Notes: a model not told the origin generated them from the sequence alone. DNA of 61,326 nucleotides, filler included, from Squatina squatina (GCA_031763465.1; 4 parts of 4 records of this genome joined end to end with filler, not necessarily neighbours in it), one strand, 5' to 3'. Positions 48,461 through 60,630 are shown, numbered from the whole stretch's first letter. Numbers and translations: made by a program.

Positions 48461-48540
48461 ATTTATTTTTATTTGTTCTCAGGATGTGGGTGATGCTGCC
48501 AAAGTCGCATTTATTGCCCATCCCTAATTTCCCTCAGAAG
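48461..48540 (-). mobile_element. LINE 3' tail (same family as 55680-55809)
   Basis: The reverse complement cttctgagggaaattagggatgggcaataaatgc extends the cttctcagggcaaccaaggatg seen at 55788-55809. Confidence 0.55.
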
Positions 48541-48547
48541 ATTACAG

Positions 48548-48698
48548 TGTCAGCTGTGGTTCTATGGTAGCACTCTCGCCTATGAGTCAGACGGGTGTGG
48601 ATTCAAGCCCCACTCCAAGGAACTTGTACACAAGATCAAAGCTGACACTCCAGTGCAGTACTAAGGGAGTACTGCACTGTTGGAGGTGCTGTCTTTCA
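48548..48698 (+). mobile_element. DeuSINE 5' tRNA-derived head
   Basis: gtcagctgtggttctatggtagcactctcgcc..gagtcag..ggattcaagccccactcc..gctgacactccagtgcagtac. Confidence 0.75.
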
Positions 48699-48798
48699 NN
48701 NNNNNNNNNNNNNNNNNNNNNNNNNNNNNNNNNNNNNNNNNNTTAATTAATTAANNNNNNNNNNNNNNNNNNNNNNNNNNNNNNNNNNNNNNNNNNNN
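48699..48798. other. Artificial scaffold-join linker
   Basis: N44-TTAATTAATTAA-N44. Confidence 0.95.
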
Positions 48799-49986
48799 CT
48801 TATCAGGTGGCCCCACTGGCTTTGCCAATTGAGCAGAAACGGTTAATTTTGTGGGCTGATTAAAATTTGGTTCACTTACCGGAGTAACTTTTCCAGCCCC
48901 TTCTTCCTCCCCTTGATCAATACTATTTTCCAAAAATTCTACTTCGGTGGAAAGGCTTTCTTTCTTACTGTTCTTTATTACTAAACCTTCTGTTCTTAAT
49001 TCTTCAGCTGCAATATGTAGTTGTTGAGGACCATGGAATGATGCACAGTTCTGTTCCGGCATAGCTTCTGTTTCAGCATTGCCAGTAAGAGGTACGCAAA
49101 TAATGCTGCTCACCCTCTGATGATTTAATGCATTTTGCACGTTACTTTTGCAAAACTGCTGAATATGTATTTTGTCAAAAGAGACCTCTCCCGAGATTTG
49201 CCGAGGCTGTTCGAGCATTTCGGGCCTTTTTAAAGCTACTTCTATAAAATTTGTTCGACTCTCTCCCTTGTCTGCTGGTTCTATAGATTCAGGATCGACT
49301 GGTTTCTTCTGATGTTGTTCAGCTAGAAGATTTATATTCTCTGCAGTGGGCGCAACAAGTTGGTGTAGCTGTTCCTGCACGAGAGCTAATCCTGGGGAAT
49401 CTCTGGAATCTTTCTCTGTCGCATAAATGTTCCTTCTTTTGAAAAACTCCTTCCCTCTCTCTTTGGTGTTTCAGGTACTGGGTCTATAAACATAATCACA
49501 AATGGATAGGAAAACATTTTCTGTTGCATGTTTATTATCTTTGAAAGAATTATCAATCAATTTGTTTTCGGGATAACAGTTCTTTCCATTGTCCAATTCA
49601 CTTATGCACATAGAATCTGCTATAAGTTGATTCGTGAGTCTAGGGACAGTCTGTTGTGAAGGTCTGTATGATTCTATTGCATCTGGTCCAAGTATAGGAC
49701 ACCTTATCGATTCAAATTTCTTCACCGCTCGATCCACCGGTCCTTGGCCATTTAAAGTGTAAGGAAAAGGGTCTTTGGCTTCTAAGTTGTCAGTCACTGT
49801 GTCCGTCTTACTGTAGAATCCGTCAGTCAGGCTCATCGAGGCGCACTTACGATCAAGTTCAGCAAAGGCATACCTAGGGTCTTCCCACTTCAAAATCTGT
49901 CTTTGAACTTCTCTCTTAGAAGCAATCTCTTCTTCTGATTTCATGGAGGAATTGGTTATGTTGTGTTTCTGCTTTGCAGCAGCTAT
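48799..49986 (-). CDS. Large exon of an unidentified, probably disordered protein, with one in-frame TGA
   Basis: Acceptor tttcatatttcacag|ATA at 49986. One frame is open for about 395 codons except TGA at 49471-49473; ORF-track entries 49471..50280 and 48751..49380 share this frame. Composition is rich in S, E, K, Q and P. Confidence 0.55.
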
Positions 49987-50767
49987 CTGTGAAATATGAA
50001 ACCACTGATACAGANNNNNNNNNNNNNNNNNNNNNNNNNNNNNNNNNNNNNNNNNNNNNNNNNNNNNNNNNNNNNNNNNNNNNNNNNNNNNNNNNNNNNN
50101 NNNNNNNNNNNNNNAGACATCCCTAGTAGGGAAGTAAGGTGGATGGAGGCGCAAGTAGAGAATAAACACTGGCGTAGACCAGTTGGACCAAATGGCCTGT
50201 TTCTGTGCTGTAAATTCTATGTAATGCAAAGGGAGGCTAGAAAGCCTTAATATTCCAATGTTGTGCAAATATAGTGCCATCTGTGATACTACGTGCGTAC
50301 AACATTATGACAACAGTCCTCTTTTTCTTGGCTCTTGTTGGCACCAGTATTATTTTGCCGGATGCTTTGCTCATCCCATCAGCAGCTGCTTCGAATCCTC
50401 TGATACAAAGTTGGCTGTTGTTTTGAAGTCATTAATCTGGTATCTAGTGACAAGCTGCTACGATGAAGCACACAGTTCATTACAGATAAAACCTGGCAGC
50501 AGTTTTGCAGTGACAAGAAAACAAATTCTTGATTTTGCAGCTATCTAGTCAAAAGGGATTAGTACACTTTTAAGAAAAAGAGAAAATAATTCAAAACGAA
50601 ATAGTCATCACTCCAGAAAGCAGTTCAGTGAACACTCTTTAATCTTCGAAATTGAACATTGTTATTCNNNNNNNNNNNNNNNNNNNNNNNNNNNNNNNNN
50701 NNNNNNNNNNNNNNNNNNNNNNNNNNNNNNNNNNNNNNNNNNNNNNNNNNNNNNNNNNNNNNNNNNN

Positions 50768-52316
50768 TATATACACACTGTCACTGTCCTATTGCAGTAT
50801 ATACACACTGTCACTGTCCTATTTTAGTATATACACACTGTCACTGTCCTATTGCAGTATATACACACTGTCACTGTCCTATTTTAGTATATACACACTG
50901 TCACCGTCCTATTGCAGGATATACACACTGTCACTGTCCTATTGCAGTATATACACACTGTCACTGTCCTATTGTAGTATATACACACTGTCACTGTCCT
51001 ATTGTATTAAATAGACACTGGCACTCTCCTATTGTAGCATGTACGCACTGTCACTCTCCTATTGTCGTATATACACACTGTCACTGTCCTATTGCAGAAT
51101 ATACACACTGCCACTGCCCTATTGCAGTATATACACACAGTCACTGTCCTATTGTATTATATACACACTGTCACTCTCCTATTGCAGTATATACACACTG
51201 TCACTGTCCTATTGTAGCATATACACACTGTCACTGTACAATTGCAGTATATACATATGTCACTGTCCTATTGTAGTATATACACACTGTCACTGCCCTA
51301 TTGCAGTATATGCACACTGTCACTGTCCTATTGTAGTAAATAGACACTGGCACTGTCCGATTTTAGCCTGTACACACTGTCACTCTCCTATTCTAGTCTA
51401 TGCACACTGTCACTGTCCAATGTAGTGTATATACACTGTCACAGTCCTATTGTAGTACATACACACTGTCACTTTCCTGTTATAGTATATACACACTGTC
51501 ACTGTCCTATTGCAGTATATACACACTGTCACTGTCCTATTGTAGTATATACACACTATCACTGTCCTAATGTAGTAATTAGATACTGTCACTGTCCTAT
51601 TGTAGCATCTACACACTGTCACTCTCCTTTTGTAGTATATACACACTGTCACTGTCCTAATGTAATCTATACTCACTGTCACTGTCCTCTTGCAGTACAG
51701 ACAAACTGTCACTGTCCTATTGTAGTATTTACACACTGTCACTGTCCTATTGCAGTACATACACACTGCCACTGTAATATTGCAGTATATACACACTGTC
51801 ACTGTCCTATTGTAGTATATACACACTGTCACTGTCCTATTTTAGTGCATACACACTGTCAATGTCCTATTGCAGTATATACACACGGTCACTGTCCTAT
51901 TTTAGTGCATACACATTGTCAGTGTCCTACTGCAGTATATACACACTGTCACTGTCCTATTTTAGTATATACACACTGTCAGTGTCCTATTGCAGGTTAT
52001 ACACACTGTCACTCTCCTATTTTAGTATATACACACTGTCACTGTCCTATTGTAGCATGTACGCACTGTCACCCTCCTATTCTGGTATATACACACTGAC
52101 AATGTCCTTTTGTAGTATATACACACTGTCACTGTCCTATTGTAGTATATTAACACTGTCACTGTACTATTGCAATATATACACACGGTCACTGTACTAT
52201 TGTAGTTTATACACACTGTCACTGTACTATTGTAGTAAATACACACTGTCAATGTCCTATTGTTGTATAGACACACTGTCACTGTACTATTGTAGTATAT
52301 AAACACTGTCAATGTC
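50768..52316. repeat. 30-bp minisatellite (tatatacacactgtcactgtcctattgcag), about 51 copies
   Basis: Exact 30-nt periodicity, with single-base register shifts near 51256 and 51420. Confidence 0.97.
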
Positions 52317-53770
52317 ATGCAAACCAGACAGAAACTTTATTTATTTTATTCCAGGCAATAAATTATCAACCTATAGCGAAGACTCTGCTGTCTTTGTGGA
52401 AATCAAAGACACAAATGGATAGGGGCAATCTAAAAGAAATCAAGAAGACGCGACTCTTGGATAGTTATCAGAAAACAAATAACTTGTCCCACTTATTTCT
52501 ATTTATCTTGCTTGCAACTGAAATGATGTTAGAATACAGAGATGCAGAATAATCCCTCACAATTGACTAAACGGTTTCTCTCTGAAATTTCAAACCCGAC
52601 CTCTCTTGTATACTTTAATAACATGGACACAACATGTTTGACATATGAACTGCTATGCAATACATTTGGATTTAATCGAATGTATCTTTGCCTATTCCAG
52701 ATTAACAGACGGGCAGTTATTTTGATCCATGTGTGCATTGCAGTTGTACAAATGAAAAAAAAATATCATTTAACATGGTTACTTACAGCACTGCAGAGCA
52801 TAGTTATTTTCATCATCCAGAGCTGCACATTAAATTCAGCACACATTCCTATAAAGACTCCAGCGCTACGAGATGTTACACAGTCAAGCAATTCTGCTTA
52901 GCGTTTAACATATCATTTAGAAGCTGGTCTATTAAACCTACCTTTCAGTAACAAAATAAAATCTTTTGTCTCCTTGTATCCAAATATTTAGACAAGCGGG
53001 GGCAGAAGCACAGAATACAAACAGAATACAAATATAAGCTCAGTGTTTGAGGTTGGGCGCATAGAATGGAAAAGAGGGAGGCATAGAAAGCATAAGGCTC
53101 ACCCTGTCTCTGTGCACACTGCCTTAATTGTTAACACAAAAAAAGACCGGCAACTAGATTCATCAATATTGCTGGCATATAGCAACCATCAGTGTCCCTA
53201 CTGCAAACCAAGGACAGGGGAAGCATGAAGCAGAGATAAAAATAAAGCCCCTGGGCTCTCAGACTTCACTCTCAGCAAGACAGCAGCCAATCAGCTTTAC
53301 AGCAGTAGCCTCCGCTGTATACACTGGATTGTTTACAGAGGCATCAAGCTGTAAAGATAGGCAACTGCTCAGTCTGCAGACCGCATGGGTCTATTTTGTT
53401 CCTAAGTAATGAATGCAGGTCCAGTTTCACAATTCAAAAAAGCCTTCACACTGCCTCAAAAGGTCAGCCTGTCGAACTAAACTCCACTTCCCTTCCAAGT
53501 CCCTCTCTGTGATGTAAATACCAGCTTTTATATATTAAAAAAAACACTTTTGCAGCGAAGATAGACAGTCCTTGGCAAAAACTACCCTCTGGAGCACTGC
53601 TGGTGATTAATTCTTGTTACATACAATAAGTATTATTATAATAATGGATATTGTCATTTTCAAGGTCACTGCAGTGCGAGAGTACAAAGTAACAGAAAGT
53701 TGCTTTTTAAAGGGTGTGGGAGGGTAGGAAAGGGGGAATTGTTAAACCATACTTGGAAAAAATGAAATCC

Positions 53771-53803
53771 ACCCCCCCCCACACACACACACACACACAC
53801 ACA
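53771..53803. repeat. poly-C plus (CA)n microsatellite
   Basis: acccccccccacacacacacacacacacacaca. Confidence 0.9.
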
Positions 53804-54763
53804 GAACAATTAACAGATTGCTTTTTTAAATGACATTCTTCACCTGCTTTCCTTACGTTTATNNNNNNNNNNNNNNNNNNNNNNNNNNNNNNNNNNNNNN
53901 NNNNNNNNNNNNNNNNNNNNNNNNNNNNNNNNNNNNNNNNNNNNNNNNNNNNNNNNNNNNNNGGAAGACCTGAATATGGCATAGGACTCCAATTTAAATA
54001 TTTTGATGAGGCTCCCACCTGTTTCAGGCACGATGGCTCGCCACCTATTCAGCAGCCAATTCGAAAATCGATTCAGGCGGGCATTAGGCCGAAAGTAAGC
54101 CATATGTCTTTGTTTTTTTCTTCATCTGCTTACCACCATTCACACTGAAAAAAACAGGGTGCTGGGCAGAAAACAAAAATCACCCCATGAAAATATAAAG
54201 AGGATAGTGACAAGAAAACTTCATAACTTCCCGGACCTGACAGGCGTACAAGGACGGCGTTCAAACCCGAGATTCAAATGGAGTCAGAAGCAAAGCTTAA
54301 TTAATTTTTTATAAATCCTGTGAAATCCAAAGTTGTGTCACAATTTTGTAATTCACTCCTTGGTTGTTTGCTGGTTATATAATATTCTCTACTGTCACCG
54401 ATATTTTTTTTCAAGAAGATAAATTTAAAATGGGTCACCAGCTGTGGGCTGACAGCTTTCTGGCACGCTGGCTGCTGGCCATCGCAGCGATGGCATGACT
54501 CACTGTTGGAGATCTAGTTTATATGCCTTGGTGACATCATTACTAAATTTTAGAGCATCATGCGATTAACACAGGGTATTACAGTTTGTAACCTTTTGTA
54601 ATGTCATGACTGAAAATGATAGTGTCACATAACTAACAGAAGGGCTATCACGAGGTTTTATTCAGCATATACATATTCATACCTAGATACTGCTCCCATA
54701 TCTGGGAGAATCTTGTAGCACTTCTCCCTCTTCTGGACAACACATAAGAAAAAATTTGTCATC

Positions 54764-54883
54764 GATAGATTTTTCCTAGACAAGAGTACAAAAGGACATG
54801 GAGCCAAGGCATGTGGATGGAATTAAGATAGAGATCAGCCATTATCTCACTGAATGGCAGAACAGGCTCGAAGGGCTGAATGG
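54764..54883 (+). mobile_element. CR1 3' tail
   Basis: gatagattttt...gatcagccattatctcactgaatggcagaacaggctcgaagggctgaatgg. Confidence 0.7.
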
Positions 54884-55679
54884 NNNNNNNNNNNNNNNNN
54901 NNNNNNNNNNNNNNNNNNNNNNNNNNNNNNNNNNNNNNNNNNNNNNNNNNNNNNNNNNNNNNNNNNNNNNNNNNNNNNNNNNNAATGGGATATCAATGGC
55001 TGATTCCCTAATCATCTGTACACAAATGAAAGAACTGAGCTACCTGCCAAAACCAAAATTAAACTAACACTGGAAATAATCCAAAATATTTGAGATATCT
55101 CAGGATACTGTGGCAGAGCTACAACCTGTAACTGTCTGTGTGGACATCGTTTACCTCATACACATCACAACAAAAAACCCCTCTAGAAAACAGCAATCGG
55201 AAATAATACATTCAAAAGCTAGCTTGTTTGTTATAAACAGTTGAAAGATTGCTTCTTAGAGGTGTTTAAGTTTGATACCAATTTGATTTGTTTACCACAT
55301 ACTTTGAGAGAGGCTCCACGAAGGATGATTGACAAATGGCAGCAGGGTGCCAGTTAATCTAACTGCGTGTTGAGAAGGAATGTAGAATATATTTGAATAC
55401 ATTCTTGAAAAAATTGCACATTTGGATCAGATGCTGTAACAGTTCTTGTGGAATTAATGATTTTTATTCTTTTTTTTCTTGCCACACGATATAGTGCAGA
55501 AGTCACTCTGCAATCAATCACTCTTACATGTGGGGCTACTATTTAAATTCATTTAGAGCTGTTTGGGTTTTATTTGTAAAAATACGTAAAGATATCAGAA
55601 CACAAAAGACATGAGGCAGAATCATTACCCGCTCATAAATACATTTATTACATTTGGTTGAGATATGTATAACCCAAAC

Positions 55680-55809
55680 CCAGTCTCACGTCAATGTGGT
55701 TGACTCTTAACTGCTCTCTGAAGTGGCCTAACAAGCCACTTAGTTTTATCAAACCACTCACAGCCATTTAAAAAGGCCCACCACCAACTTCTCAGGGCAA
55801 CCAAGGATG
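55680..55809 (+). mobile_element. LINE 3' region fragment
   Basis: gtggttgactcttaactgctctctgaagtggcctaacaagccact...caccaccaacttctcagggcaa; overlaps in family with 48461-48540. Confidence 0.55.
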
Positions 55810-55909
55810 NNNNNNNNNNNNNNNNNNNNNNNNNNNNNNNNNNNNNNNNNNNNNNNNNNNNNNNNNNNNNNNNNNNNNNNNNNNNNNNNNNNNNNNNNNN
55901 NNNNNNNNN

Positions 55910-56210
55910 GGCTAGAGCCAGGGGTCACAGTCGTTAAAAAAAGGTAGGCCACTTGGGCTGAGATGAGGAGCAAGGTCTTCACTCAGAGGGTGGTGAATAT
56001 TTGGAATTTTCTTCCCCAGAGGGCTGTGGAGGCTCAGTCATTGAGTATATTCAAGACAGAGATCAATAGATTTTTTGATATGAAAGGACTCAAGGGATAT
56101 GGGTAAAGTGCAGGGAAATGGCGTTGAGGTAGAAGATCAGCCATGATCTTGTTGAATGGCGGAGCAGGCTTGAGGGGCTACTCCTGCTCCTATTTCTTAT
56201 GTTCTTATGT
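55910..56210 (+). mobile_element. CR1 3' end with tail
   Basis: aggggtcacagt...gagatgaggag...ttcactcagagggtggtgaatatttggaatt...ctcctgctcctatttcttatgttcttatg. Confidence 0.85.
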
Positions 56211-56267
56211 CTACCGTGCAGTCTGAACTACCTGCATTAGCAGATTGATCATTTTTGTGCAGACTGT

Positions 56268-56467
56268 AGCAGTATTTTTTTGACTTTGCACTCCTGACAG
56301 GGAGTTTCACCCACTGGGAACGTACAGCAGTAATCAGGCTTGTGCTGCCCACGATTTTCCATTCATTCATTTTAAATGATCAGGAAATGCACGTACTTGA
56401 ATTTCCCGATAAGCATTCCTTACTGTTGAGGCTTTCCGCCAGGAATGCAAAGATCAGAAAAGCCCCC
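56268..56467. mobile_element. Degenerate palindromic MITE
   Basis: ctttgcactcctgacagg near 56285 pairs with ccgccaggaatgcaaag near 56437-56453; ends gaaaagccccc. Confidence 0.5.
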
Positions 56468-56784
56468 TTCCTTTATTTCTTACTCAATGTTGTTCTTGGT
56501 TAAATTGAAGCATAAATGGTACAAAGATTTGTCAATGGGCTCTTGACTTAAATTTAGATTTCTGTTGAAAGTAGGTAATCGTGATACTGTGGCTTCTCCG
56601 CAAACTGATTACATTCATCAAGATTCAGCTGTAAATTCTAAATTACCTCTTGCGGATGGAACAGTCAATTATTGAAATTTCTTTTTATGTTATTGATTGA
56701 TAAAGAGGCCAGAACATGGAGGTGCACAAATAGCTGTCCAGCTGTCACTCAGCAGCCTTGTGCCACAGCTATGACAGGCGCTCA

Positions 56785-57165
56785 AGGAAATGATTCCCAT
56801 CCCCGCCACAAACTCCATCTCTCTCCCTGGCCACTGTCTGAGACTCAACCAGACTGTCCACAACCTTGGTCTGAACGACTTTGTCACTGAAGCTGAACTT
56901 CCAACCCCATATCCTCTCCATCACAAAGAATGCCAACTTCCACCTCAATAACATCGTCCGTTTCTGTGCTGCCTCTTCCTATCTACTACCGAAACCTTCG
57001 TCCAAGCCTTTGTTACCTACACACTCGACTATTGCGGTACTCTTCCAGCCAGCCTTCCATCCTCCAGAAACTTCAGCTCAGAGAGAACCCCTGCCCGTGC
57101 CCTATCCCCCATTGTTCCACTCACCCATCGGCACCGTGATCACTAACCTACATTGGCTCTGGTCA
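56785..57165 (+). mobile_element. L2 ORF2 C-terminal fragment
   Basis: Reads LNFQPHILSITKNANFHLNNIVR..., homologous to 11085-11330. Confidence 0.75.
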
Positions 57166-57189
57166 AAAAAGAGCAGGGATTAAGGGAAG

Positions 57190-57325
57190 CTACTCAGACT
57201 GGCAAAAGGTAGGCGGTGGTGTTCCACAGGGATCGGAGCTGTGACCACTGTTGTTCACACTTTACATAAACAATTTGGATTTGGGAATTGAAAGTACAGT
57301 TTCAAAATTTGCAGATGACACCAAG
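57190..57325 (+). mobile_element. CR1 RT core fragment
   Basis: Reads [42 protein letters not shown]. Confidence 0.85.
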
Positions 57326-57362
57326 TAAATACTGAGGTAGAATGCAATAAAATAAAAATCTT

Positions 57363-57453
57363 GGGCGCCCAATTGTCCTTTTTATAGTCTGTGGCTATAT
57401 CGGGCCAATAGGTGTAAATTTAGCGCCCGTTTTGGACAATTATCTTAAGACAC
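57363..57453 (+). mobile_element. Harbinger-family terminus
   Basis: gggcgcccaattgtccttttt resembles gggtggccaattcgtcctttttt at 23295. Confidence 0.55.
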
Positions 57454-57702
57454 NNNNNNNNNNNNNNNNNNNNNNNNNNNNNNNNNNNNNNNNNNNNNNN
57501 NNNNNNNNNNNNNNNNNNNNNNNNNNNNNNNNNNNNNNNNNNNNNNNNNNNNNAGTGGTACCTCTGAAAATACAGTCAGCCCAGTGAAACGATTTGCTTT
57601 TCTTTTTGCGTGTGAACCTAACGGTCGCTCCCATTTCATTCTCACACACTAAAACATTCATATTTGAATATACTTCCAGCCCAAGTTCTTGTATGTCCCA
57701 AG

Positions 57703-57833
57703 CTATCCTTCTTGATTTATTTCTCCATCTCTATCCTTGTCAGAGTCATCAATCACTGCATATCGTTTATCACCAGTCCTGCTTCCTCCAAACTTACTGG
57801 TGAATCATCACAGTTTTCATCATCAAATGGCTT
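57703..57833 (-). pseudogene. Possible degraded EF-hand (centrin-like) remnant
   Basis: Reads VIDDSDKDRDGEINQEG* at 57756-57703, preceded out of frame by KPFDDENCDD. Confidence 0.35.
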
Positions 57834-58367
57834 GCGTCACCAGGTTGATTTGCGAATATGTTGCTCAACTTGAATACACCAAGGTTAAAGAAGTGTAGAA
57901 AAGGATTAATTAAGCTGTTCAATCCTCCAAGGAAGAATCATTGCTGGCAATGCCATTTCACATGGTACAGATTTTTCACAAGCGATAATCTCACTGGAAA
58001 TCCCACATGCGTTCAAACAAAGAATGGAATATCGAGCCGCAGGGAGGTCATATCAGATGATTTCTACATTGTGAGTTCTCAATTCAAATGCCATCACCTC
58101 ATTGCCTGTTGCTGTTAAAACTCCCTGATCTCAAATNNNNNNNNNNNNNNNNNNNNNNNNNNNNNNNNNNNNNNNNNNNNNNNNNNNNNNNNNNNNNNNN
58201 NNNNNNNNNNNNNNNNNNNNNNNNNNNNNNNNNNNNAGGCTGTAACCTTGCCAAACCTGAGAACACGGACTAGCAAAGAGATTACAAGGGACGAAACATT
58301 TGTCCAGTAGTCTTCAAATATTGTAAGTGACTACAGGTAGCACATCACAGATCAAGAAAAAACTCTT

Positions 58368-59126
58368 AGGGCTAGAAATTGCGAAGCGTTCCATGTGGGG
58401 CGATAGTTTTTGCGGGAGCGCAAAAGTATCACTGGTTGCTACGCAAGTGAAGCCGACACGAACTTATGGTTTAGCGCTCCAGGAAGGAAATGGAGCGTTA
58501 AATCAAGCGCTACCACTTACCTTGGAGCGCTAAACCAGGCAGGTGCGGTAGCGGTGNNNNNNNNNNGCACAGTGTCCCATGCAGCGCTGCCGGGATCAGA
58601 GGATTCGTCCCTCCCTTAAAGGGGAGGGCCATTGCTGCAGGCTCTGCAAGAATGCGAATCCCCTGCTCGCCGACAGCACCTACGATCCATGACGATCAAC
58701 TCCAAGCGCTCTAACGGAGTGCATCGCTGATCAATCACGGCTGAAGAATTTTATTGTTTTAAATGACCTGAGGCCTGAATAAAGATTTTTTTTCCCCTAC
58801 CTCACCAGCAATCCCTTTAACTAGCGCTCCCCAAGCGGCCGGCCTACCTTGCAACGTCTCCTGCAGCTGCTGGTGTTGACGCCCGGCGATGCTGCAGGAG
58901 GCGGAAGTAAAGTTTGCATCCAGGGTGGTACCGGGACGCTGCGCACCGGATAACGTCACAATCTACAGGGCGCAGGAGATCATGACATTAGGTTTTACTG
59001 CCGTCGCTAAGCTGCAAGGGAAGTTTGCGGGCGTCGGTACTCTCCCAGTTGCAGAGTTGGTAGCGCCCCATTATCACACCCCGGAGGCGCTAACAGGAGG
59101 CACAAATGAGCCCAATTTCTCCCCCT
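58368..59126. mobile_element. ~760-bp non-autonomous Harbinger-type element
   Basis: Left gggctagaaattgcg pairs with right cccaatttctccccc. The CpG-rich interior has many agcgc/gcgct motifs and spans a 10-N gap. Confidence 0.7.
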
Positions 59127-59523
59127 TCATGATTGGTGGTACCATGCAGGAAAACATAATTTTAAATCACAAGCCTCTCATCCTTAGAACATGTGTTCAA
59201 TTTCAGGCTGGAGGGGGGAAGAAAGAAATCCGTAAAGAGATAAATACAAACAAACAAAGGGAGAGAAAGCAAGATAAATACCCAGCTGAGGAATGATTAG
59301 ACAAAACTACATCTTCCTCTAAAGTCATGACAAAGTTTACTTTTCAGTGTAAATGTACCGACCGCATGCTCCCAGCAAGAACTACAATAGAAGAGAGCAT
59401 GGGTTGAGAAATAAGCACTGCAGTGTTGTAGGCGTATTTTCAATCCACATTCCATGCAAGTGATGCTCCTTGCAGGGTGCAGAGAATCACTGAATTNNNN
59501 NNNNNNTTTCCCAATTAAAGAAG

Positions 59524-59942
59524 TGTCAGCTTGGCTCATTGGGTAGAATTCTGGCTGTGAATCAGAAGATTGTAGATGCTTTCCCTACGCTAAGAGTACA
59601 AAATCTGGGCCACTGTATTGGTGCTGTATGTTGGGCAGGACACCTTTCGCATGAGGTTTAAACTAACTTCCCACCTACTTGTGCAACTGGTTATAAAAAA
59701 TCTCATGTTCTCATTTGAACAGTAGGGAGTTCCACCAGTGCACTGGCCAACTCTCTTCCTTCAACCAACACCATACAAAAATAGATTAATTATTCACTCA
59801 TCTCATCTGCTGTTCATTGGGTACAATTGGCTGTCACATTTGCTTACATAACAGCGAATGTACTTCATAAATAACTAAACGTGAAACACCTCTGAGATGT
59901 TCGGAGATTGTTACTGGTTGCTATGTAAATACAAGTTCTTTC
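59524..59942 (+). mobile_element. Old, diverged full-length DeuSINE
   Basis: Head gtcagcttggctcattgggtag..gaatcagaagattgt, core ctttcgcatgaggtttaaact, tail gctatgtaaatacaagttc. Confidence 0.65.
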
Positions 59943-60117
59943 TTTATGCCAATTTAGAAAACAAATTCCATCCGCCATTTATCCACGCTTGGTAATTTGA
60001 CCCACAAAGGAATCGGCNNNNNNNNNNNNNNNNNNNNNNNNNNNNNNNNNNNNNNNNNNNNNNNNNNNNNNNNNNNNNNNNNNNNNNNNNNNNNNNNNNN
60101 NNNNNNNNNNNNNNNNN

Positions 60118-60172
60118 TAAAGACACCCAGGTCCCTCTGAACACCAACATTTCCCAATCTCTCACCATTTAA
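60118..60172 (-). mobile_element. CR1 RT fragment
   Basis: Minus strand reads NGERLGNVGVQRDLGV. Confidence 0.65.
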
Positions 60173-60630
60173 AAAAAAATTGAGGCATGATTTTCTTTAT
60201 ATTGTATTGGCACAGAATATAATCGGACTGATTTCTATTATAGTCTATCTAAAACATAGAATGTACAGCAAATTAAACAGCCATTCGGCCCAAATGGTCT
60301 ATGTCAGAGTTTATGCTCCACACGAGTCTCCTCCCACCCCTGTTCATCTAACCCTATCAGCATAACCTTCTTGTACAGTCTGTTAATACCAAAAGTCATA
60401 TCCTGCATTGTCATATATTAACAAAAGATTATATGTAGATCATACAATTTGGATCTACATTCATTTGATATAATTTTCTTTCAGATAACTGGAAGATTTA
60501 ATTTTTGTTGTTTTTATCTGCGTAGAAGACAGATCAACTTAAAGGTATACACACAGATGAGATTCACAGATTCTGTTATACAACACTGATACAACATAAC
60601 ATGACCATATATAGCTGTTGCATCAGTTAC

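Noticed and set aside
48548-48625. tRNA gene (A/B-box-like motifs), also near 3050-3115 and 59524
   Set aside because: These are tRNA-derived SINE heads that continue into the Deu core; there is no intact cloverleaf.
50290-50470. Possible upstream exon of the 48799-49986 gene
   Set aside because: All minus frames contain stops, the donor is weak, and a gap separates it from the large exon.
50768-52316. CRISPR-like array or His/Cys-rich protein gene
   Set aside because: The units are head-to-tail with no unique spacers, there are no cas genes, the context is eukaryotic, and the ORFs follow from the 30-nt unit length.
58889-59296. 135-aa ORF
   Set aside because: It starts inside a TIR-bounded MITE and runs into flanking DNA; a chance ORF in GC-rich sequence.
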